Origin: Nanobdellota archaeon
GTDB lineage: Archaea > Nanobdellota > Nanobdellia > Woesearchaeales > JAHJEM01
Length of the DNA: 45,680 nucleotides
Direction: 5' to 3'
NCBI GenBank assembly: GCA_043805315.1
Contig: JAZDID010000120.1
Location: 1 to 45,680 of the forward strand
The position numbers were made by a program, and so were the translations under genes. Position 1 is the first letter of the stretch, and each line of letters begins with the position of its first letter. The notes below the pieces were generated by a model. The model was not told the origin of the DNA, searched no databases, and saw only the letters and a list, made by a program, of their open reading frames with translations. Shown here one piece after another: positions 1-6,847 of this stretch.

Positions 1-169
1 CCTCTCCTGTCGGATTTTCATTAGTCGATGCTGGAGAACTTGTCGTGTTCGTCTTTTTCATCCTGGCTATCTTCAATTTTATCAGGGCATGCTCACCTAC
101 GAAATAAAAAAAACAGAAACCTTTTTATACCTCTATTCTCAGGAATACCTGCAGTGTAAGGTGTAGAGT

Positions 170-1306
170 GTGAAACAGCACAAGCTCGCAGGATTAGGCG
201 TATTTCTAGCTTTCCTGTTCTTGCTGTATTTTCCTGCTGTGTCTGCAGACCTGATGCCTGATGTGGTCAAGAACGCGCTCATGGGCCTGTTTCCCGGCAG
301 GATTCCTGACGAGTACCTGCAGCGCACGATATTCTGGCTCTTGATGTTCACTGTGCTGTTTTTCGCAGCAAATTTCGCCTTCAAAGACAAGGATAACCCG
401 AAGCGGTTCAACAATATCAGGGTCGCGATCGCCATGATAGTCGCAGTCATCTCTGCCATCGGCGTTCCTGCACCGATATTGTCAAAGATCTTCACCTCCT
501 GGGGCTGGGCCTCAGGCCTTTTAATTCTTGGAGTTCCTGTGCTCGGCATACTTTACATTGGCCACCTGATGCCCCGTGATGAGGCGAACCAACGGTTTAG
601 TTCAGGCGTGCGTGCAGTCATGTTCCTCCTCGCCATGGTCCTGATCAGCGCAACGCTCGATGCCCTGAACGGGTTTGCAGTGGCAAATCCCCGGGACTTC
701 TCGCTTTCAGACCTTGGCCAGCTCCTGATATTCTTCTTTTTCATCATGGCAATCATCAACGGCATCAGGGCAATATTCGGCGGGAATTTCGGCAACGCCT
801 CAGCAGGAGGCCTGAATCTCGGAGGGACACCTTCAGGAACTGCCCCAGCGCCAACCACGCCGACAACGCCTGCAACGCCAACCACACCCACAACACCGAC
901 GACTCCGACACCACCTGCCTATCCTGTCCATCTCAGGAACATTGTCAATAACATCGGCCTTGCATTGAACCAGTACCGCAACACCTTAAACGCGTATATC
1001 AGTGCAGGAAACAACATCCTTGTGGAGAACGCCATGGGACCGCCTTCAACAGCTGCAGACTGGAACCTGCTCTGGCAGCAGAACAACAACCTGCTCGCAA
1101 TCCAAGGGACGCTCGACAACCTCTTCAACCAGCTCCAGGGAGATCCTGGATTCCCCAACTTCAACATTCCTGCAGACATCGCAGCACTCGCACAGTGCAT
1201 CAACAGGAGAACAGCCTATTATCAGGTCTATGCAAACTACCTCATCGATTTCACCAACAGGTTCAACACCTTCATGGTGCCCGCAGTCGCACCTACGATA
1301 CCATAA
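170..1306 (+). CDS. Secreted/multi-pass membrane protein with Pro/Thr-rich linker and N/Q-rich helical C-terminal domain; no family recognised
   Basis: GTG start at 170, with GGTG at 160-163 six nt upstream and a TATA-like TTTTTATA at 122-129. Signal-like N-terminus LAGLGVFLAFLFLLYFPAVSA followed by about 5 more hydrophobic helices. Linker TPSGTAPAPTTPTTPATPTTPTTPTTPTPP (nt ~835-925), then a ~140-aa N/Q-rich tail. Confidence 0.7.
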   Translation: MKQHKLAGLGVFLAFLFLLYFPAVSADLMPDVVKNALMGLFPGRIPDEYLQRTIFWLLMFTVLFFAANFAFKDKDNPKRFNNIRVAIAMIVAVISAIGVPAPILSKIFTSWGWASGLLILGVPVLGILYIGHLMPRDEANQRFSSGVRAVMFLLAMVLISATLDALNGFAVANPRDFSLSDLGQLLIFFFFIMAIINGIRAIFGGNFGNASAGGLNLGGTPSGTAPAPTTPTTPATPTTPTTPTTPTPPAYPVHLRNIVNNIGLALNQYRNTLNAYISAGNNILVENAMGPPSTAADWNLLWQQNNNLLAIQGTLDNLFNQLQGDPGFPNFNIPADIAALAQCINRRTAYYQVYANYLIDFTNRFNTFMVPAVAPTIP

Positions 1307-1310
1307 CCAC

Positions 1311-2165
1311 ATGGCCAGCACACCATCAACAGGAAAGAGCATCACGCCAGAACAGGCAGAACAGCTCAAGCAGACAGTCAAGAATGCAAAGCTCGCGCCT
1401 GCAATAGAGAGCTTTGTCAGTCATCTCCATCTTATGTTCAAGAAGACCTCGAGCAAAGACCTGCAAGAAGTCATCAAGCAAGCGCTGAAACACCTTGAAG
1501 AGACGCTGAAGAATGCGAGGAAGCTGGACGGAGTGGGAGTTGCGCCTGGAAAAGAAAAAGAGGGAAAAGAGAAAAAAGTTAAAGAGATGCTTGAAAGCAC
1601 TGGCACTAAATTGAAGGGAGCTGGAGACTTCTTAAAAGCGGGCATTGGTCATCTGGCAAGACGGATGAAGACACTTTTTGGCAAGAAGGAATATACACCT
1701 GAAGAAGTGCGGCAATCGCTCACCAGAGTCTCTCTTGATGTGAATGAAATCCTTGACAGGTTCGGAAAAAAGCTTTTGGAATCAAAAGATGAATTGGATC
1801 ACATTGCCGGTTCGCTCAAAAAAGGGGCAGACCTTCCTCTTATTGACATCCATACCATCCCTAAAGAGGAACTCATCAAGCTCTGCGTTGACCAGAGTGA
1901 TGCGATTGCAAGATTCATTTCTGAAGTAGTCATGATGCGCAGCGCTCTTGATGCAAAATTTAAGGAACTTTTTGACCTGCTAGCTCCTGAAAATATTCCG
2001 CCAGAGTCTGATAAGAGAAAAAAGTACCTCTATGGCATTATGGAAGAGTACGAACAATTAGTCGATAACAGAGTCCTGCCGCGGCTTGCCCAGATTAGCA
2101 ATGTTTTAGAAGGGCAAATCCTGGACAGGATATCCTATGCAGTCAGAAGGATCAATACAACCTGA
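1311..2165 (+). CDS. Hypothetical K/E-rich coiled-coil protein (284 aa)
   Basis: The ORF track gives 1002..2165, but 1002-1306 overlaps the previous gene in another frame. ATG 1311 lies 4 nt after the TAA at 1304-1306. The sequence is helical and charged. Its C-terminal motif LLAPENIPPESDKRKKYLYGIMEEYEQL resembles the product of 3348..3842. Confidence 0.6.
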   Translation: MASTPSTGKSITPEQAEQLKQTVKNAKLAPAIESFVSHLHLMFKKTSSKDLQEVIKQALKHLEETLKNARKLDGVGVAPGKEKEGKEKKVKEMLESTGTKLKGAGDFLKAGIGHLARRMKTLFGKKEYTPEEVRQSLTRVSLDVNEILDRFGKKLLESKDELDHIAGSLKKGADLPLIDIHTIPKEELIKLCVDQSDAIARFISEVVMMRSALDAKFKELFDLLAPENIPPESDKRKKYLYGIMEEYEQLVDNRVLPRLAQISNVLEGQILDRISYAVRRINTT

Positions 2166-2277
2166 TTAAGAAAACAACCAATTCTCAGATTCTGAACTAT
2201 CGTTTATGCGTCTCATAAATTCATTTTTCATTGTTTTTAGCCATTTTAAGACTGCATTTTCCACCCAAATAGAAACA

Positions 2278-2287
2278 TTTATAAATA
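2278..2287 (+). promoter_or_regulatory. TATA box upstream of the 2340 gene
   Basis: TTTATAAATA lies 53 nt upstream of ATG 2340, which itself has an SD, so the transcript is leadered. Confidence 0.45.
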
Positions 2288-2339
2288 TGTAATCACTACA
2301 TAGTAGAAAATCATTAGTTTACTGGAGAGGGCTGAAAAA

Positions 2340-3134
2340 ATGGCAAACGACATTATTCCACATGACACGAAACTCAATATATCTGTACCGCCATACGCAA
2401 TTTTTCCATTAAAAAAAATATATCGACATGCTCGAACTATTCTTGGTCAGACCGATGAAAATATCACATCTTATGAAAACCTACGATTGGAAGCGGCGGA
2501 GAACCGAAAAAAAGTTGAAGAGGAGTTGTATGATGCGAGGAAAAAACAGGTCATTGTCTATTCTGCAAAAGGTGCTGCTGAGGTCCGTATTAAGGGAGAT
2601 GACGCGGACATAGCCACAAGCGAAAAGCAAAAGCAAGATCTTCTCGAAATCACAAAAAAAAGTCTGGGAATAACAAATTTAAATCCTGAACAAGAATCTC
2701 TGTATCATTGGTCTGCCCTGCAAATCCAAACAGAAACAGATTCATTAAAAGCGCACAGAAAACTCAATGAAGAGGATCTTGAGACAAGAACACTTGACGT
2801 CGGGAATAGCGATCGCCGGGTTGCCTCATTGGAAAGTGAGCGAAGAGCCTATCAATCCCAGGAGATACAGTATGGCATCTTAGAGGATATGCGCAGGGAC
2901 TTTTTCAGGAATTCCCATATTCGATACAGCTTGGAAAATGTTGTTTACAGGAATCCAGTCTCCTTCAGAAGACAGCTCCAGGAAAAAGTTGAGCACTTCT
3001 TTACAAGAATCGGCGTCAAAAAGCCGAAATATGCTCGCCTTCCACAGCGAGTCCTTAACGCCATTCCTGCTGAAGTGAAGGTTGTTTCTGAGTCACAACC
3101 TGCTCCCGCTGTGGATTCAGGCAAAAAAGCATAA
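2340..3134 (+). CDS. Hypothetical charged/coiled-coil protein (264 aa)
   Basis: ATG 2340 is preceded by the SD-like GGAGAGGG (2324-2331) and by TATA TTTATAAATA (2278-2287). A T8 tract directly follows the stop codon. No family motif recognised. Confidence 0.65.
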   Translation: MANDIIPHDTKLNISVPPYAIFPLKKIYRHARTILGQTDENITSYENLRLEAAENRKKVEEELYDARKKQVIVYSAKGAAEVRIKGDDADIATSEKQKQDLLEITKKSLGITNLNPEQESLYHWSALQIQTETDSLKAHRKLNEEDLETRTLDVGNSDRRVASLESERRAYQSQEIQYGILEDMRRDFFRNSHIRYSLENVVYRNPVSFRRQLQEKVEHFFTRIGVKKPKYARLPQRVLNAIPAEVKVVSESQPAPAVDSGKKA

Positions 3135-3135
3135 C

Positions 3136-3150
3136 TATTTTTTTTGTTTA
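3136..3150 (+). terminator. Oligo-T terminator candidate
   Basis: A T8 run at 3138-3145 lies immediately after the TAA at 3132-3134. Confidence 0.5.
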
Positions 3151-3347
3151 ACTTTTGACTACAACCATTTGTTATCATTCTATTCGCACCCATCATCTTT
3201 TTCTCCTCTTAAAACCGGAAACTTCAGTCTTCCCGCCGGAAAGATCCTGGAATCCCTGTGATTTCTCCGGAAAAATCTCCGCAATTCTTAAATTATTCAC
3301 TACACTCTACACATAGAAGAAAAATTACGTGTGCCGAGGTGATTTCC

Positions 3348-3842
3348 ATGTTTTTTAAAAGAACACTAACATTGGAAGACCAAACGAGATCCTTGGAGCT
3401 TGTCCACCGTGATATGAGGACGTTCATGTCGGGATTTGTTGAATGTATGCAAAAGGGCAAGGACGTGCTGGAACAGAGATTACAAGAGCCTCACTCCCTC
3501 ATTTATGGTTGCGGACCTGCTGACGTGGATTCACAGCACGCAACAGCATCGATACTGCAGGAGCGCAAAGGGCAAATCGACAGCCATCTCACAGAAGCTG
3601 ATGCCTACTTCAAGACCATGGAGGAAACCTACACCCGCATCAAGAAAAAGCTCCAACCTGAAAACATGCCCGCCGGGATGCTCGAAAACAAGAAACAACG
3701 TCGACAATACTTCCGCAACCTCGAAAAAGAATACGTCGGTGAATGGGCAGGCATCTTCAGGCGACTTTTCGAGATTGATCAGCTTTATTGCCAGAGTGTC
3801 ATGGCTGAGCTTGATGCATCAGCACAGGAGGTGAACGTATGA
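3348..3842 (+). CDS. Hypothetical protein (164 aa), distant paralog of the C-terminal half of the 1311..2165 product
   Basis: The ORF run starts at 3258 (GTG), but ATG 3348 carries GAGGTGA 6 nt upstream. Motif KLQPENMPAGMLENKKQRRQYFRNLEKEY parallels LLAPENIPPESDKRKKYLYGIMEEYEQL in the 1311..2165 product. Confidence 0.6.
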   Translation: MFFKRTLTLEDQTRSLELVHRDMRTFMSGFVECMQKGKDVLEQRLQEPHSLIYGCGPADVDSQHATASILQERKGQIDSHLTEADAYFKTMEETYTRIKKKLQPENMPAGMLENKKQRRQYFRNLEKEYVGEWAGIFRRLFEIDQLYCQSVMAELDASAQEVNV

Positions 3843-4309
3843 TATACACGCCAATGGTGGAGATTGAGTATCGTGCAGTCCCGAGAACGCACAGGAAATT
3901 TTATCGGGATATGGCGAAGTCTCATAACGCGATTACTATTCGCTGGATGAAAATGACGTGTAATTTTGAACAAAAAGCAGAGACGGAATATAAGAAAATT
4001 GCATCGATTGACTCAAAAATCAGGAAGTATGAAGATGTGCGATTTAAAATTTATTCTCAGGCATTCCTATCGAATTACGAGGAACAAGACCGCTATCATG
4101 CATTTCCCCGACTCAGTCAACTTGAAGATGACCTTAACAATCTCCGACAAGAAAGAATCGTGCATGAGGAACTCGCTTCATTACATCAGGAAGCTGCATC
4201 CAGGTCGGAAAATAAAATGTGTCATTTGCCTCATCTCTTTTCATATATGAAGGTCAAGTTCGAATATGACGGCTTGGTTGACCGGGTGCGTGATTACCTC
4301 AGGATATGA
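3839..4309 (+). CDS. Hypothetical protein (156 aa), translationally coupled to the upstream gene
   Basis: ATGA start/stop overlap at 3839-3842, with a strong SD GGAGGTGA 4 nt upstream. Charged helical sequence, no family recognised. Confidence 0.6.
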   Translation: MIYTPMVEIEYRAVPRTHRKFYRDMAKSHNAITIRWMKMTCNFEQKAETEYKKIASIDSKIRKYEDVRFKIYSQAFLSNYEEQDRYHAFPRLSQLEDDLNNLRQERIVHEELASLHQEAASRSENKMCHLPHLFSYMKVKFEYDGLVDRVRDYLRI

Positions 4310-4320
4310 AAATATGAATT

Positions 4321-4620
4321 AATGGCTCATGCAAGATATCGTCGGCATTGCTTAAAAGTTTTAGCAGCCATTTCTCGACGACAAAATGCGGCATTTTCTG
4401 AAGTGTGAACACCTCTCTGCACAAAAACACCCCTCCAATTTCTATTTGTTAAATGCTGTTATATGAAATATGTTATGCGCTGTTTTAATTTTGTTAGATG
4501 CTGTCATATAAATAGTTATACGCCATCGTTAACTGCTGTTTATTTATCAACCAACATATTTAGCAACCGATAGATTTATTAATCAATATATATAATAATC
4601 AATATATCTGATGAACAATA
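4321..4620. repeat. Left arm of a mirror-image repeat array (13-mer GTTRNNYGCTGTY x4, then CAACCAA/AATCAATATAT boxes)
   Basis: 13-mers at 4448-4460, 4472-4484, 4493-4505 and 4528-4540. TATTTATCAACCAACATAT (4541-4559) is the 17/19 reverse complement of 6544-6562. CTTAAAAGTTTTAG (4351-4364) is the 13/14 reverse complement of 6654-6667. The arm lies in a convergent gap between the gene ends at 4309 and 4704. Confidence 0.8.
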
Positions 4621-4671
4621 AATGAAATCTCTTAAAACCTTTAAGCATCTCTCATACTTTTTTGCCGACGA

Positions 4672-4699
4672 GAAAAAAGAAAAAATGATCCTAAAAAAG
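4672..4699 (-). terminator. Oligo-T tracts downstream of xerA (archaeal-type terminator candidate)
   Basis: Plus-strand A-runs at 4673-4678, 4681-4685 and 4693-4698 read as T5-T6 runs on the minus strand, immediately after the TAG stop at 4704-4706. Confidence 0.45.
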
Positions 4700-4703
4700 A
4701 ATT

Positions 4704-5516
4704 CTACAAACTGTCGAACGGGCTCTTGACCTTCTTCAATTCCTCACGCGAGATATGCGTGTAGATCTGCGTTGTCTGCAGGTTCGCATGGCCCAAGAGT
4801 TCCTGGATCATCCGGATGTCTGTTCCTGCCTCAAGCAAGTGGGTGGCAAAGCAGTGCCTGAGCGTGTGCGGCGTTACTTTCTTCTGGATGCCTGCCTTCT
4901 CTGCCGCGTGCTTGATGATCTTCTGCACATTCCTGGGTGTCAACGGCCTTCCTTCCTTGCCTGGAAAGAGAGATGCGGCCGGCTTGAGATCCTTCTTGTG
5001 CTCCACAAGCTCATGCAAGAGCGTTTCTGGCAGGATGAACATCCTGTCCTTTCCCCCTTTCCCTTTCCTGACCCAGCCGATCTTCTCTGAGGGCTCGATA
5101 TCTCCTGCCTTCAGCGATAACAGCTCAGAAATCCGCAAGCCAGAGGAATAGAGCAGTCTCAGCATCAGAGAGCTCTTCCTGTTGTTCAGTGCCCCGAAAA
5201 GCTTTTTCACATCCTCTTTCGAGAGTACCACAGGAAGCTTGCGTTCAATTTTAGGTGTCTTGAAATTGATGATCTCCTTTTTCAAGACATCAACATAGTA
5301 GAACTTCAATGACGCCTTAATAAGGGCAAGGCTCGAGTTCGCCATTCCCTTGTCTGAAAGCATATGCGCCAGATAGGATTTGATGTCCTGCTCTGTCACC
5401 TCTGCAGGCTGCTTCTTTGCAAAGCCCAGGAAGCGCTGGTTATGATAAAGATATGTTTGGACAGTCTTCTGACTAAAGCCCCTGAGTTTAAGCTCTGTGC
5501 TAAGATCTTCAAGCAT
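4704..5516 (-). CDS. xerA: Tyrosine recombinase, XerC/XerD/archaeal XerA type
   Basis: 270 aa. The N-terminus is a core-binding region. The catalytic domain carries GLRISEL, HTLRHCFATHLLEAGTDIRMIQELLGH and QIYTH (Tyr nucleophile). A minus-strand TATA (plus-strand TATAAAAA, 5539-5546) lies ~23 nt upstream of the ATG. Confidence 0.92.
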   Translation of the reverse strand: MLEDLSTELKLRGFSQKTVQTYLYHNQRFLGFAKKQPAEVTEQDIKSYLAHMLSDKGMANSSLALIKASLKFYYVDVLKKEIINFKTPKIERKLPVVLSKEDVKKLFGALNNRKSSLMLRLLYSSGLRISELLSLKAGDIEPSEKIGWVRKGKGGKDRMFILPETLLHELVEHKKDLKPAASLFPGKEGRPLTPRNVQKIIKHAAEKAGIQKKVTPHTLRHCFATHLLEAGTDIRMIQELLGHANLQTTQIYTHISREELKKVKSPFDSL

Positions 5517-5700
5517 GCCAGATTCCTGGAAACACCACTATAAAAAGGTTCGCATTTTAAAAAATTTTCAAAGTCATTAATTGATGGGATTTTGACTTAA
5601 AAGCCTGGCTTTGTACAAGAAATACTCCTTTCGAAGGCCAAACCCTATTAAACTCATTAAAATTTCTCGACGACAAAGCGATAAAAGTTCGTATAAGAAG

Positions 5701-5885
5701 TATTAGGCGAACAAGAAATTTATGGTTATTTCTGGAAGATTCTTGAAATAGTAATCTAAATAGGATCCCTTCCCCTTCTTCTTTTCCGGATTGTTCTCAC
5801 CTCAAACTTCCTCTAGCCGCTTCCTGTTTTGGAATGTCCCCACCCGCCGCCCCCGACCACCACCTAGAAACGTGTAATGCACTAC
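5701..5885 (+). repeat. C-rich intergenic repeat, copy A
   Basis: Contains TTAGGCGAACAAG, CTTTTCCGGATTG, GAATGTCCCCACCC (5832-5845) and CCCCCGACCACCACC (5850-5864). It is collinear with copies at 6653-6800 and 20503-20675. Confidence 0.75.
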
Positions 5886-6100
5886 GTCAAGAGCAAGTAT
5901 ATCACCACAAGAGTTTATAGAAAAAAACATCCTCATATGCCAGAGGCATACTCATTGGACCGAATTCACAAAGTATTGGCGATTCAGGTTACCCCGACAA
6001 TATTTTTCCCGCCTTTTAGGTTTTGTCGGTGTCAAAACTTTGGCGTTTTTAGGCAAATTCTAAGCATGAAAGTTTCAATCGCTGATTAAAGGTTTTGATT

Positions 6101-6433
6101 TTATTTTTTGACTGTTTTTTTTGGCGCTTTTAAGTATGGCTGGAGGCCGTGCATGTATGTCCCGATGTGGGAATACGTCATCTTGAGCTCTTTCCTGCCC
6201 TCTTCAGTCAAACTATACACTTTCCTCCTGCCGAACCGCTTGTTCTGGACAAGCCTCAGTTTTCGAAGCTTTTTTAGGGTGGGATAGATCGTGCCGGGTG
6301 TGAGCTGGCTTCCTCTTCTGCTGCCGATTTTCTTGGCAAGATCTTCCCCGGAAAGGCCCTTCAGGCTGATCTCGTGCAAGATCAAAAACGACAAAAAACC
6401 CTTGAATTCCAGCTTCAGGGGGCCTGTCTTCAT
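6101..6433 (-). CDS. PadR-family winged-helix transcriptional regulator
   Basis: Motifs LSFLILHEISLKGLSGEDLAKKI...GTIYPTLKKLRKLRLV...YSLTEEGRKEL. The ORF run extends to 6457, but an AT-rich TATA-like box (6458-6470) abuts that ATG. The second ATG at 6433 (MKTGPL...) therefore fits a leaderless start. Confidence 0.85.
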   Translation of the reverse strand: MKTGPLKLEFKGFLSFLILHEISLKGLSGEDLAKKIGSRRGSQLTPGTIYPTLKKLRKLRLVQNKRFGRRKVYSLTEEGRKELKMTYSHIGTYMHGLQPYLKAPKKTVKK

Positions 6434-6463
6434 GCCTGTTTCTGGAGGAGAGGTCATTTAAAT

Positions 6464-6700
6464 ATTTATTGGTTGTAAAACATATAGATTGCCAGATGTG
6501 TAGATTGGTAAATTTATTGGTTGAACAATATATTGTATGATAGATATATTGGTTGATAAATAGATATATAACAGCGCTCAACAGAACAGCGTATGACATT
6601 TTTGGACAGCGTACAACAGAACAGCGCTCAACAATTCACGAATGGTGAGGGTTCTAAAACTTTTAGGCAAAACACGCAAACTCCGGACGAGAAATTATGA
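6464..6700. repeat. Right arm of the mirror-image repeat array (ATTGGTTG boxes, then AACAGCGCTCAAC-type 13-mers)
   Basis: ATTGGTTG at 6468-6475, 6516-6523 and 6548-6555. ATATATTGGTTGATAAATA at 6544-6562. 13-mers at 6570, 6585, 6605 and 6620. CTAAAACTTTTAGG at 6654-6667. The motif order is the reverse complement of 4321-4620. Confidence 0.8.
6570..6632 (+). promoter_or_regulatory. Four tandem 13-mer boxes (AACAGCGCTCAAC x2 exact, AACAGCGTATGAC, GACAGCGTACAAC); candidate protein-binding sites
   Basis: Boxes start at 6570, 6585, 6605 and 6620 (spacing 15/20/15 nt), upstream of padR on the opposite strand. The exact 13-mer recurs at 32969 and 32999. Confidence 0.6.
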
Positions 6701-6800
6701 GTGTGGCATCACTAACCACTGCCCCTGCCCAACAACTGCAGTTGAATGTGCCCACCTGCCAGCCCCCACCACCCACCCTTGGAAATGGCGAAATATGACA
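6653..6800 (+). repeat. C-rich intergenic repeat, copy B
   Basis: Contains TTAGGCAAAACACG, AACTCCGGACGAG, GAATGTGCCCACCT (6744-6757) and CCCCCACCACCCACCC (6763-6778), in the same order and orientation as copies A and C. Confidence 0.7.
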
Positions 6801-6847
6801 GGTGATATGAACAGAAAGGCCAGAAATAACACGAATTTGCCGCATTA

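Noticed and set aside
835-925. Tandem ACN-CCN nucleotide repeat, a possible microsatellite or contingency locus
   Set aside because: The repeat is imperfect at the DNA level because the codons vary, and it encodes a T/P linker in frame. It is better explained as a low-complexity protein linker than as a slippage tract.
1002-1310. Upstream 103 codons of ORF-track entry 1002..2165
   Set aside because: This part overlaps the 3' end of 170..1306 in another frame. Its translation is a low-complexity S/T/Q-rich shadow of the N/Q-rich coding frame. ATG 1311 lies 4 nt after the upstream stop.
5877-6089. 70-aa plus-strand ORF between repeat copy A and padR
   Set aside because: It has no SD or well-spaced TATA box and an odd composition, and it overlaps repeat-derived sequence. 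I cannot exclude a small protein, but I have no support for one.
4448-6632. Possible CRISPR array, because of regularly spaced short repeats
   Set aside because: The repeat units are only 13 bp, are degenerate, and are spaced 15-35 bp apart. There are no unique spacer-sized intervals and no cas genes. These look like protein-binding box arrays rather than CRISPR.
4321-6700. Replication origin (inverted initiator-box arrays around an AT-rich core)
   Set aside because: I did not adopt this as the primary call. There is no orc1/cdc6 or other initiator gene nearby, the arms are ~1.9 kb apart with two genes between them, and the boxes do not resemble the ORB consensus I know. It is kept as an alternative in the finding.
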